Assembly: GCF_963921235.1 (NCBI RefSeq)
Contig: NC_086109.1
Coordinates: 34,908,001-34,972,000 of the forward strand
DNA length: 64,000 nt
Source: Mobula hypostoma
Lineage: Eukaryota
Direction: 5' to 3'
In this document: positions 12,636 to 24,900 of the stretch, one piece after another
Numbering within the stretch: position 1 is the stretch's first letter
Layout: the number at the start of each line of letters is the position of its first letter
Position numbers and translations under genes: made by a program
Notes under the pieces: generated by a model
What the model was told of the DNA's origin: nothing
Database searches by the model: none
What the model saw: only the letters and a program-made list of their open reading frames with translations

Positions 12636-13056
12636 TTGTCGTTGTCGTGGCTATCCCTTGAGGTCGAGGATGATGGTCTTCGTTCTGAAGAAGTGGCCCA
12701 CAGAGCTAAGATGCCTGTGTGTGTATTTGTTTAACGTGTACTTGATGTTGCTCTCCAAGAAGCACACGATACTTCACAAATCAACCAACTGATTCCAATG
12801 GCATGGAAACCACGACGATTGGAGCTGATGGATTTGTTGCAGCCTTCATCCGCCTTCACAGCCGTTGAGTTCGAAGTAACTTCGTCTATCTGTTCCACTG
12901 TTGAGGTCTTGGTTGGATTGTTCTTTGTCGGGGATCTCACCCTCGACCTTACCGCCATGGGTGACCCAACCAGGAGCATAGCTCCAGACGGCATCGGTCT
13001 CGGGATCACAGGACCACACAAGCTTCTCCACTGCGACAAGGTGACAAGCCATGGAG
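12636..13056 (-). mobile_element. Non-autonomous RTE-clade derivative (5' UTR fused to 3' tail, 421 bp)
   Basis: 7-bp TSD AACTCCA (12629-12635 and 13057-13063). Minus-strand 5' end caccttgtcg...gggtcacccatggcggtaaggtc resembles Bov-B/Expander-type RTE leaders. (CGACAA)n tail. Confidence 0.75.
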
Positions 13057-13760
13057 AACTCCAAGTATTGTAATAGAGACAGGGATGCTTCCTTGCCTAT
13101 TGTAACTTATTTTCAAAATAGTATAGTTTTACTTGCCTATTCAAATAAGTGGCTCCATCCTTTATGTGGCTATGTCCTAATCTGAGAAGGCAATCTGATA
13201 CCTTGTAAGCACTTGACCATTCCAATAGCGTCCATCTCATTGCCTAGAACTTGAACAGATCTGTATGAATCACAAATCTGAGCCCTTTCTCTTTGAGGAC
13301 TCTCACTCATCACAGGCAGCCATTAGGAGTTGTGACTAAATTACTGCCATGGAAATGGTATCTTTAGGAGTTAACACCTTGTTTGCTTGCTGTGCTTCAA
13401 TGGCTACTGTATTCAATTGAGCATGGTCCCACTGAAGATTGCGTGGATCCCATGATACCAATTTATCCTGGTTGTAAACAACACAAATGCTGTTTGAAAT
13501 GTTATTTTGGCCAATTCCATGCATTTGATGAACAACCATTTTGGGCGTTAGTGTAAATCATAATAATGCTTGATGCACTACAAAGTATGGAGAGCAATTT
13601 CTAGGCAAATTGCCTTGTTAAAATACTGTATGCAAAGGTGTTGCCACACTGTAAGTATTAGATATATTAGTCCTTGTAAAAAAATGAAAGAGTTCAAGCA
13701 ATATTAAGTTGTAATGCCAGCTTTTATCTCTCTAACCAAGAAAACACTAACAGCCCATAT

Positions 13761-14047
13761 TGGCAGCGTAGTGATTAATGCAATGCAATTGTGCTCAGTT
13801 TGTCAGAGTTCGGAGTTCAATTCTGGTGTAGTCTGAATGAAGTTTGTACAGTATGTCTTTATTGTGAGCATGTGGGTTTCCCCTGAGTGCTCTGGTTTCC
13901 TCCCAAAGTCCAAAGTCCAGTTAGTAGGTTAATTTGTCATCTTAAGTTGTCCTGTGATTCGGCTAGGGTTAAAGAGGTAGTTTGCTGGGCGATGCAACTC
14001 ATAGGGCCAGATGATCCTATCCTGCACTGTATCACTAAATAAACAAA
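13761..14047 (+). mobile_element. V-domain SINE (HE1-like)
   Basis: tRNA-like head (ggagttcaattc), V-domain tgtgggtttcccctgagtgctctggtttcctcccaaagtccaaag, CR1-like tail. Confidence 0.8.
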
Positions 14048-14369
14048 TCCATTTCATTATCTTGTTAGATGCAATTTAAAGGAAATAATGAAACTATAAG
14101 AGAATTGAAGTAAAATGTGCATTTTGATATTAAAAAGATGTATGCAGCTTGTCAGCAAGTGCTGGGTGTAAGTATGTAGTTTGAAGTGTTTAAGGTGGTT
14201 GTACTGTTGCTAGTGTGAATCCATAATCACAAGAGTTGGTGTCCTGGAGACAATCACACCATTTTTGTAACTGTGAACCAAGCAGTTTCATACCTGAATT
14301 ACTCAATACATCTGCCATTTTTGCAAAGGCAAGACTGTTTGTGGTGCAACTATTTGTTTCAATGCCAAC

Positions 14370-14520
14370 ACAGTCACCTCTGAGTCAAAGGGTTGTGGGT
14401 TTTGTTGAAACCACAATGACTTCAGTTTAACAATACTGGAGCTACACCTTCAGAATAGATGTTAATCTGTGGTCACACTATACTTTGTGTGGCACTGTTT
14501 AAAAGAGAACAAGATGTTTT
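14370..14520 (+). mobile_element. Decayed Deu-domain-type SINE
   Basis: cacctctgagtcaaagggttgtgggtt head. Shares motifs with 16060, 20313 and 22573. Confidence 0.4.
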
Positions 14521-16059
14521 TAAAGATGAGCTGTGCTGGGGTCATGTACAAGCACCACAGAAAAACACAGAAATGTCATGTTGCTTGATTGCTATTTGCA
14601 GGGCACTAACTAATTGGCTGCTGTGCTTTTTCTCAGAATACTAATGAATAAACTTCATAGACCCTTATTAAAAACATTTCAGCTGCAAGGTATTTGAGAT
14701 GCACTAAAATAGTAGAATAAAAATACAAATTTATTTTAATTCTATGAAGGTACATTGGAAATGTTGGCATATTGTGAACCTTTGTAGCAATCTATTTTGT
14801 GACATGGGGCATTCCGGTGTTGTTATATTTTATTATAAATTACCCTCTAGTTGGGTAGACAATTCAGCCTGATATCAAGCCAGTTAAATGGACATTTAAA
14901 ACATAGAACATTTATGCAAAGGAAGCATTATGAATACACATAAGGTCCTTCATTATCCTTGAATTTGGATTTGCTTTGGTTGCTGGTGGAGTTGTTGATT
15001 AGAAACATTGTCCTTCTGAGCACCTAACTATCATCCACAATTAATCCGAGTTTATTTTTTAAGATTTGAAAACAAATTGTTTCAAAATTACAAGTTATCA
15101 ATACACAAGACAAGTAAGCCTTTCACTTAACTGAAATATAAACCAAAAATGCTGGAAACACCACTCAGGCTAGGCAACATCCGTGGAAAATGAAATGGAG
15201 CTTATGATTCAGAATGAAGATTTTCTGCAGTCTTCCAGCATCAACAGATTTTCGTGCAAAACTATTCTTTTAGGCATATATTTACACCTGTCAATGACAA
15301 ATATTATGTAAATTAGAATATATGTTTTTGCAAAAACAAATTCTTTTGGTGTACTATTTCTTCTTGCATTGCTGCAATTTTAATAAGTTAGCAAACTCAA
15401 ACACAGCAAAATCTGAAATCATAACTCCAATTGCTAATGTTATGACTAATGATGAGTAAAGTTGCTCAGCTCTTGAACTGAAGACAAATCATGTAGATGA
15501 AGAGCACAATGAAAGGATGGTGATTTTTTTTTCGGAATCAGGAAAGCTGTCCTTTAGACTTTAATGGTCCACTTAAAATTCCTTGAATCATGATAAATTG
15601 AAGTCAATTTCTCCCACTTTTATTATATTTGACTTTAAAAGCCATTTTCTAAATGGTTCAGACTTATAAAGATGCACCTTGTGAACTGGCAAATGTCTTT
15701 CATTTCTTAAAAGAGCATTTAATATAAAATTTTCGGGTTAGAACTTTGTCAACTTTTCATTTTTTCTCCATAAGGAATGACATAATTTCTTTTGAAAGCC
15801 AAAAACTCGAACTGCACTTTTTATCTTCAGAGATTTGTCACTCCTATGAGATCAGACAGAAATCATATGCATGTTTTGACTGTCTTGCCAGTGGAGCTTA
15901 GGTTAATTGTCTCTCTCATATTCGTAGGATCAACGTGGGAAAATAGAGCTACCTAGTCCCTCAACCCAATTGTAGTACTTTATTTTCCAACTGTGGTTAT
16001 GGGGTAATCCTCTTGTCTTGGGCCATTAAATTTTGAGTTCTAGATCAATTTGAAGACCA

Positions 16060-16240
16060 AAATCAAGGCTAGCATCCTATTTCAGATCTGTGGGAACCAT
16101 ATGCTGGGGATATAGCCTTTTGGAGGAGACAGTAATCCAAGAATGAATCCTCATTCTAAAATAGATATAAAAGATCTCATGACACCACTGTGAGAGAGAA
16201 CAGGCAAATCAATTCTCATGTTCAGGGCGACCAGTATCTT
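16060..16240 (+). mobile_element. Decayed Deu-domain-type SINE
   Basis: aaatcaaggct...tagatataaaagatctcatgacacc core, shared with the other copies. Confidence 0.45.
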
Positions 16241-17379
16241 TAAAATAAAGTTATATGGTCACTCCCTTATCCACTGTCTGTGCGTGCCTGCTAGAGTTTG
16301 CAGAGGTTGTCTTGAGATTATAAATGCTAAATTCCCTTTTTATGTCATTTGATCAGTGCTAATGTATATCTCTACTACAACCATGGACCAAAACCAACAG
16401 GAATAAAACCTTTAATTCTGTCCACACAACTGCACTGGTTTGTATATTATTACTTGCCTATCACAATTGAATTCCATCCCAGTCAAGTGGTGTGGGATCT
16501 CCTGTAAAAGGCAAGGAAGTATACATACTGTAAGATAATACATACTGTTAATTCTAAGAGAGGGAGAAAATGTTTCTGCAATGTGCTGAGAATAATCTAG
16601 TTCCATTCACTTACCTCTTTCTCTGTGTTCTTTCAGGCATTTACTGAGCAGAACTGTTCAGAACAGCACAGATTTCATTGACAAACTCTCACAACATTTT
16701 TTTGCACAAGCAAGTTACATAATTTCAAAAGCTATTTTGTGAAAATAGACCAGTGACTGCATTATGTGAAGTTGCTTGAGAGCAGTGAGAATAAATGTTG
16801 ATACTTGTTCTAAAGTAATCTTTAGCAAGTATTTTTATGACAGTATTACTCAAAGATTATCAGGGATTTTATTCAGTATCCTGGTAACCATTATTCATCA
16901 ATCAAACTTTGAAACACATTATTGGATCATTGTATAGTTATTTGTGGAATCTCACTCTTGCATTTTGTAGGTTACCATAAAGTAGACTACACATAGGAGG
17001 TATAGTAAGTTATGGTGAGAATGTTGAACATCGTAAAGCACAGGAACAAGCCTTTTGGACATGATATTGAGCATTACTAATTAGATTAATGATGCCTAAT
17101 TACACCAATCCTTTCTGCCTGCACATGGTCCACATCCCTCCATTTCCTGCATACTTATGTGCTTATCTAACAACGCCTTACAAATCTCTATGAAATCTCC
17201 CCTGCAGTGCAGTCTAGCACCCACCACTCTTTTGTGTGCAAAAAAACCTGACCCGCACATCTTCTTTGAATTTAGTCATTCTTAACTTAACTACATGCCC
17301 TCTAGCATTTGACATTTTAACCCTTGGGAAAAAGATACTCAGCGTCCATCTAAGTCTTCCATAATCTTTTAAACTTCTA

Positions 17380-17570
17380 CACACAAGGAATTCTGCAGAT
17401 GCTGGAAATGCAAGCAACACACATCAAATTTGCTGGTGAACGCAGCAGGCCAGGCAGCATCTCTAGGAAGCAGTACAGTCGACGTTTTGAGCCGAGACCC
17501 TTCGTCAGGACTAACTGAAGTTAGTCCTGACGAAGGGTCTCGGCCTGAAACGTCAACTGTACCTCTTCCT
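17380..17570. mobile_element. Short Penelope-derived insertion with inverted hammerhead pair
   Basis: 13-bp TSD ttttaa(a/c)cttcta (17367-17379 and 17570-17582). Inverted repeat 17465-17516 / 17519-17570. Confidence 0.85.
17523..17558 (+). ncRNA. Minimal type I hammerhead ribozyme motif (PLE-associated)
   Basis: AGTC-CTGACGA-stem II (AGGGTCTCGGCCT)-GAAA-CG-TC-AACT: canonical core, stem III reduced to the palindrome ACGT, one mismatch in stem I. Confidence 0.7.
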
Positions 17571-19499
17571 TTTAACCTTCTAACTGGTTTTCCCTCAGAA
17601 TCTGTCCCTCAAGCGAAAACAACTTAATTTGTTTGGACAGCTGGGTATGTGCAAAACCCTTTCCTTATAGCACAGACCCTCTCATCCAGGCAGCATTATG
17701 GAAAACCTCTCCGGCACTCTTTCCAAAGCCTCCATATTATTCCTATAATTAGATGACAAGAATCAAAAGCAATACCCCTGATGCAGCCTAACCAGAGTTT
17801 GATAATGTATGTTGTCAGTCATTTTCAAATTCCTTAAAAGTTCTTAAAAATTGTAAGTGCTTTCCTTGCACTTATTTTGAATGAAGATAAGTGTAAACAA
17901 TTCCACCATGATAAGTCTCTCACAATGTAGTTTCAGTTTCTCTATATAAGGAATGATATACTTGCCTTGGAGGTGCAGCAGTACTGAGTCATTAGAGCAC
18001 CTTGGGATGAATAGCTGTCTTTATGAGTATCTGAGTGAGATCGGTTGTACACAATGGAAATTGGAAGAGCAGAAATGTTTTTATTGAGCAAGGAATGCTT
18101 CTGAGAAAGATTGAAGGTAGATAAAGAGAGGCCATTATGAGAGAAAATGTATTTTAACATTATAAATTTTTGGAAATTCTCTCTCGCAAAGAGTTGCCGG
18201 GTGCTTGTTTTCAGCACATGATCGAAAACAAATATAACCAAGAGAAGGAACAATGGATTTAGACCTAGAACCATCTATAATTGTTTGAAATGTGGAGCAG
18301 GCTCAGGAGATCATTTGGCTTATTTCTAATTGTATGTTTTCATGTTCCTTTTGCACATACCAGAAACTGCTCCAAAGTAACAAATCCCGTAAGATGATTG
18401 GCAAATATTACACAAGATTCAGAAATTAAGCACAGGGCACATATTGTATCCTTTATACTTCCAGGCTATGTGGTGAGTAAATCCTATAATCGTATTCTTC
18501 TATCAAAGAACAGAATTTCTAGAAGGTATTCATAGAAGAGCATGAGTATAGCTTTTGCTCATTGATTGCTGTAATCACATCTTCGTATCAATAAGTACTA
18601 CAAACTTGTCCTTCCAACAGTGAACGTAATAATCTTGTTATTTGGTCAATGGTCCTGTCTAACTTAGCAAAGCCTACAGTATATATTATATGCTCTGAAT
18701 TGAGAGCTTAGGTAGATGCTGTACACTGTCTCAGAGGCTCTGCACAACTAGTGACCTACAAATTCTAATGCACTTGTATAGGCAATGGTCCCCTCAATAA
18801 AGATAATGTGTTAGTTGTCCTGGATTGCATATGTTTTGCAGGCAAAATGGGGAAAGAGCATTAGAGCTTAGCATCTGAGGCTGAGATCTGCAATGTTAAC
18901 TAATATATTGTCCTGTGGGATTGCTGGTGTGAACAGCATTGGGGATATTGTTGTGTGGATGTGATCAAAGACTGGAAGTGGTGGGTGGGGGTTTGGAAAG
19001 AGCGATTCAATGCCAGAAATAGCCAGGGAGGAGGTATAGGGCAAGGAACCTGTCAGGTAGATGGGCTTGGGAATGGAGTTGTTATCAAAATTGATAGGAA
19101 AGGGAGAGTTCATGTTGGCTGGAGTGAATCTTAGGTTCAACATTGTCCCCTAGAGGTCAGGAGTTGTCAGGGCAGCAGAAGAGCAGAAAAGCGTAGCTAA
19201 GTACCAATTTTGCAGATCTCCCTGTTCTACACTGCACTGCAAAATGCAACAACTATCTTCAACTGATATTGCAAAGAGGATGCAACTTTATGCAATTGAT
19301 TTTCTCGACATTTATGGGATTGGCTTGTTTGCTTCCACAATTAAATCAACTTCACACATCTTGCAGCAGAAGCATGATACGATCAATGTTTCTGGTACCA
19401 CCAGCTTGGCTCAATTTGGCATTTTGTTGCTGGTGGTTCTCCTGTGGGTAATCATGTTTGGAACTGACCGTATTATGAGGGAAATGCCAACACTTAATA

Positions 19500-20250
19500 A
19501 AAACTACTTCAGAGTCAAAGTGACTGAGCTGATGTTGCACATCCCAGCACTTTCACAAACCAGCAGCAAGAAATAAGGTACTGACAAAAGCAATGTAGTG
19601 TACAGGATCACTTGTGGAGACAGCAACAAGAACTATGCTGGCCTACTGTTGTTCCTTTCCACACCTTGTGGCACATCGGGCATCAACCTTGCCATTTCTT
19701 CAGAATTTTTCTCTGTCTTTTTAACAAGGCCAGGATGCTAGCTCGACGCTCAGCCTAACACAGATGGAAAGCGTGCAAGGAGCTGGCCAGGTTCGAACCT
19801 GGGACCACTTGCCTCGAAGTCTGATGCAGATACCACTACACCACCAGCTAACTCAACTTGTTTATGGGAACATAAATTAATGGTACTGAGATATAATCTA
19901 CTGTCGCTGATCTCTGTACATGAAACCCAAGAAGAACACCACTTTAACTGGGACACTGTGATGGTTCTGGTGCGGGCAAACACAAAGCACAAAGCACAAA
20001 GAATTCTCTTCTGATAATTATGTAAAAAAAATTGAAATAGACACCAACTACGAATCCCTAAGAGCCAAAGAAATGCAAGCCAATAGAATTCAACGGAAAG
20101 GGTAGCCAATCAGGACTAAGGCAAGCTAATGGTGGGGTGCGGGGGCTATAAAAATGTGAGCACTCCCAGAGAGGAACATCAACAACTGCGCACTGAGGAT
20201 GAAACATCTGCAAGTTAATTGCCAAACTCAGTGAATACTGCAACATCAAA
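19500..20250 (+). mobile_element. Second Penelope-like family, decayed GIY-YIG region and 3' end, interrupted by a SINE
   Basis: DKSNVVYRITCGDSNKNYAG before the SINE and EHK...LSLISVHETQEEHHFNWDTV after it. Hammerhead remnant gcaCTGAGGAtGAAAcaTCtgc at 20190-20211 with stem II missing. Confidence 0.7.
19647..19850 (-). mobile_element. tRNA-derived SINE (copy 2)
   Basis: Minus-strand head GCTGGTGGTGTAGTGGTATC (A box) ... GGTTCGAACC (B box), followed by a non-tRNA body shared with 301-503. Confidence 0.8.
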
Positions 20251-20312
20251 CTTGCACCTCTCATTTGAGTCAATGCCAGCCAAAGTTTGGGGAAAGGACA
20301 TCAGGGACACCT

Positions 20313-20580
20313 GTTTCAGGCCTCACTCCAGAGGACTGAGCACAATAACAATCTTGGCTGACGTACTGTTGTAGTACTCAAGAGATGTTGAGTTAGAGGT
20401 GATGCTGTCTTTTAGGGGTGACACTAAAAAGAATCTCTTTGCTCTCAGGAGGGCTTAAAAGATACAATGATTCAAAGGAGAACAGTAGAAATATCCTTGG
20501 TCTCCACCTGGTGAATAGTTATCCTTCAGACAGCAGGTTGAAAATAGGTTGCAGAGATGTTATCGCATTGCTGTTTGTGC
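20313..20580 (+). mobile_element. Decayed Deu-domain-type SINE
   Basis: cactccagaggactgagcacaa...ggctgac...gtagtactc...ctctcagg...taaaagat motif order. Confidence 0.55.
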
Positions 20581-22139
20581 ATATTTTCTGGGCTCATTTT
20601 AAATGTCCCATTTCCTATATGTCAAAAATGTCACATTTCTGAAGTCCTTCAGTGGCATAAAGATTTGTTTCAATGATCTCAGATTCCATATAAGTCTCTT
20701 GCTACCTATTCCATCTGCATCTAAAAGTCATCCTGTCTTCTTCCTATAATGACTGTGTAAGAACATTTGGCCTCCTGGAAATGACGAGGTAAAAGGAAGG
20801 TTGTTGCATTTCCTGCAGATGCGTACAAGCGGTGAGGAATGGGTATTGGTGGAGCAGCAAGAGTGAGCCAGTGAATTGTTGAATGTTGGAAGTGGAGAGG
20901 AGAGGATAGTGCATCTGATGGTGACATCCAACATGAAACTGCAATATTTATCAAGGGGTTAAGTGTCCTTATGTGGTTCCAATCATTTTAACCTGAATGT
21001 CTACCACAGCTGAGATATTTATCATGAGGAAGCCAGTAAAACACTCCATTAATGTCATTAAATGTTCTGTTATGTAGCTGCTGTTAAATGAATATTTTTG
21101 TCAACTGTAATTTGTGGATCAGCCCACCTGCTCCAGAGCAAAAATAATAAAACATAAGAGTAATTAGTTTTGAGAAATGTCTTTGACCTGTGAAGAAGAG
21201 CTTCTCCCACCCACAGTACTGCAGGTTCCTAATGGCGGTTAATAAAACACTTCCCGCTGTTTGTATGCCTTTGATGCTAACATGAATATTTGTACAGTGA
21301 TTTATAAAATACTTTACTAGAGTGTTCCTAAAGACACAAGCCAAAACAAAACATGTAGATTGTTTTGCTATGTACTTTCCAGACCTTTTATTTAGCAAAA
21401 GATAGCACAGTTGGAATTCGTCGCATTGCACCTATAAAATGGTTCAAAGCTGTCATATCTTTGGATCCAACAAGGTATTCTCAATGTTTCTTCAAGATGA
21501 ATTTACTTTCTTTAAGTGTTCTGGGCAGCCTTCCAGTGAGTGTCCAACTCTCAGTTATACAAATATCAGGAGCTAATTATTATAGGTTCCTTTACTGAAG
21601 CAGGTGTAGAAAGGATGGACAGACATCAGAATAATTTTCTCCAATGCTCAAGTTAAATAACTCAATGTAGGCTGAGCATCTGATTTCTGCAGCCCTTCTG
21701 ATGGTCACTATGGTCCCATTGATCCACTTCCTGAAGTACGATGCCTGAAATTAGATGCAACAGAAGATTTGAGCTGATGTGGAAGTGCATGCTGGCAACT
21801 CGGCCATTCTATTTGAATGATGCCCGGATCTCATTTGACCTCAAACTCAATGCTGAGCAAGTGTAGCAGCCTAACTCTGCGTTGTCTGAAAATTGGCCAG
21901 AATGTTTTACCTCACTGATTGACAGACAAAAGATCTGGAATGTTAATAACACTTTTGGGTACACGCTTGTACTTTTCACCAGCATCAATTATAGGCTTGA
22001 GTAAACTGAATCAAGCTGGCACCAACCTAGATTCTGTTTGCATTGTTGCTTTCAAACAGCATTGGCAAATAATCAGCTAAAATCACAGTAATTAAACTAA
22101 AAAAAGGCAAATTGCCTAAACCTTCACAACAATTGAAAC

Positions 22140-22490
22140 AAAGCTTGGCACCAGTGTGGATTGGGAGGAGGATGCAGAAGGAATTATGGGGATGTTGACA
22201 GTCTAAGTAAATGGCAAGGGACTAATATGAAAAAGAGTGTGAGATCATCCACCTTGGTAGAAAAAAAATCATTTTATTTTAGGTGAGAGCAGTGAGCAAA
22301 TAAGAATTTTTAGTGTTCAAGAGGTCTGTATGTTCTCATGCTTAAAGTGGAAAGTTTAGGAACAGCAAGCAATTAGAAAGTCAAACAGCTTTTCACTTTT
22401 ATTGACAGTAGAATTTGAGTACAAGAGTAAAGTTGTCTTTCTGAAATTATCAAGGCCTTTAATAAGACTGCACCTGAAAGTATCACATCC
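22140..22490 (+). mobile_element. Decayed CR1 RT-thumb fragment
   Basis: Residual motifs (gttgacagtctaagtaaatggc, gtgtgagatcatccaccttggtag, gaatttgagtacaagag) shared with other CR1 copies. Confidence 0.5.
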
Positions 22491-22572
22491 AACCAGCACA
22501 GAAATAGCTGCTTTCCCATTTGTATCTGCTGTTACAGGATAAACTTACAATATCCAGGGGTAATATGTTACT

Positions 22573-22670
22573 TGTCTGCCTTCTCAGATGGATGTAAAGA
22601 GTTCCATGACATTATTTTAGAGTGGAGCTTTTTGTTTCTGCTGTCCTGATAATGATTAGCCCTCAATCTG
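22573..22670 (+). mobile_element. Deu-domain-type SINE core fragment
   Basis: tgtctgccttctcagatggatgtaaagagttccatgacattattt core. Confidence 0.5.
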
Positions 22671-24113
22671 CAACATTTTGCCCTAGAAATTGCTCCAAGC
22701 TGCATTTTTTTGTCGTTTTTGGCACTTAACCAGCATCATGGATTATTCTGACACTGTGTGAAGGTGACAGAGAAAGAACTCCAAATGTGAGATTCACACA
22801 GTAGTGTTGGGAAGTTCATCAAATCCCATAACATAGCAGTGAGGTGAAAAATGTGAGATGTGACAGAGACCTTATACCTAGCTCCGAGGGCCTGGAATCA
22901 TCCCTAATCTGGGGACCTGACAGTGGAGCTAACCCTGCTTTCCAAGGGTAAAGCAGTTAAGGCACACACAAGAGCTAATATATCTGCAGGAGGATAGAAA
23001 ATGCATTTTGTGACAGTCCTCTAAACAGCATGGGAAATGGAATTATTTAAAAAAGATGATGCTGAGAGTGAATATGAACTGCCCATTTTTTTTCTGAATA
23101 GAAAGATAGAAAATCTCACGGGAGGCAGTAGCAGTGCAATAGTGCAATTTAAAACCACTGACTTTGTTTGGGGAAGTGTTAGAACTGTAATTTCTGTACT
23201 TAGACAAGTGCATGAGGCAATGCTCAGCTGTGTGATAACCTGATTAACCACAATTACTAAGCTATTGTTTTCCCTAGAGCTGTGTGAATACATTTCTAAT
23301 CACTTGTGTTGGCATTATTACATTACTGTTTGGGAGCTGCACTGTGGGTGAAGAAGTATTTGGATTGGCTGAGGTTTTGAAAGGCGATGTACTGATGTAC
23401 AAGTTTATCCTCGCTGTCAAAATATGGTGCATGGTGGATTTAGGGGATGTAACCACAAATCTTTCAATGGCAATACTGATATCCTGTAGCTCAGAACACG
23501 CTTTCTGACAATATCATACTTGACAGATCACTATACTGCTCTGACCTAAATGCGAGCATGAGAGCAGTGAACTTCCCAGCTCTCTGCATGCCAAATATTT
23601 TAATTTGCCTGCAAAGATAATGTTGTATCCACAGCCTGTGTTCTTCGAATGGGCAGGTAACAAATGCTGCAGAATAAACACAACGAAGAAATGTTGGCAA
23701 CGGCCAAAGACCGCCAGATAATGATAGTCTTGTGGTATTCTCTCCATTCGAACATGGGAACTGAAGCCCCAGTGAGCCAAAAAAAATTGCTAGAATTGAG
23801 GACCTGTTGAATAGAGGGGATACGTGAGTGGAAAAGGAATGAGGAAAATGACCAAGTGAACCAAATTCCAAATCATTGGGATTTCTGAATTATTGGATAA
23901 TTATTTGAGTTTTATTGTAACTGTTTAATTGCATTCTATTTAGATGAATATTTATTATATTTTTCAAATGCATTTCACTTAAGTTGGCATTATAGTCTGT
24001 TTCATTGACTGAATATTGATTTGAACATTGAAAATACAATAATAGCACATTGTTTCTAAATTGTCAAATACCGTCAACATCTGTTGAGATTTAATGAGAA
24101 TTAATCCAACTGG

Positions 24114-24388
24114 GCATATGGTATCATAGAGTTTACATTGCAGTTACAATGCAGAAGATGGGCATTCAAACAGGAGTACCTATTGTCAAGATCACTGTAC
24201 TGCTCTGCGTATGGTATCATAGGGTTTACATTGCATTTACAATGCAGAAGATGGGCATTCAAACAGGAGTACCTATCGTCAAGATCACTATACTGCTCTG
24301 GTATAGTAGTCAAGATCACTATACTGCTCTGCGTATGGTATGATAGAGTTTACATTGCATTTACAATGCAGAAGATGGGCGTTTGAAC
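24114..24388. repeat. 93-bp tandem repeat (about 2.6 copies plus a 31-bp partial duplication)
   Basis: Unit starts at 24114, 24207 and 24331. Copies are near-identical. Confidence 0.95.
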
Positions 24389-24705
24389 TTGTGATTTTGA
24401 AAGTTCTCCTGAGGCAGATGAGCAGTTTAAATTCAGTAACTGAACATATTAAAAACTAGCGTCAGTATCAGTGACCATTTAGCTTCCAGACTGTTACAAA
24501 AACCCATTGATTTCACCAATATCTTTCGAATAAGAAACTGCAATGCTTACCCAGTTTGGGTCTATATATATTGTTGTCTAGGCTATTTGTCCTCTAGAGT
24601 GGTCGAGTAAGAAATTCCATTCAAGGTGCTTAATAATGGGCATTAAATATGAATGTTATACACTATAGCACACACGCTGCGAATGAATAAATAAACAATA
24701 CTGAT

Positions 24706-24854
24706 CACAAGAAGTTCTGCTGGAAGTCCAGAACAACACATTCAAAATGCTGGCAGAACACAGTAGGTCAGGCAGCATCAATGGAGAAGAATAAACAGTT
24801 GATGTTTGGGCTACATCAGGACTGGAAAGGAAGGGGGAAGAAGCCAGGATGAGA

Positions 24855-24900
<46 letters not shown>

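Larger units (their letters stand above)
17027..17810 (-). mobile_element. CR1 3' fragment (host of a PLE insertion)
   Basis: Minus-strand translation RGHVVKLRMTKFKEDVRVRFF and a CR1 tail at ~17030-17070. Confidence 0.75.

Noticed and set aside
19780..19850. tRNA gene
   Set aside because: A and B boxes are present but the anticodon arm pairs poorly, and the sequence continues into a body shared with 301-503, so it is a SINE head.
20940..21060. Possible Harbinger transposase trace (IFIMRKPVKHSINV resembles NRKG.HSINVQ)
   Set aside because: Too short and degenerate, and no TIRs were found. It would need a profile search to support.
23491..23871. 126-aa minus-strand ORF as a gene
   Set aside because: Non-ATG start, no recognisable motif, and a length expected by chance.
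24114..24388. 93-bp array as CRISPR or a coding repeat
   Set aside because: Whole units are duplicated with no spacers, and no recognisable protein appears in any frame.
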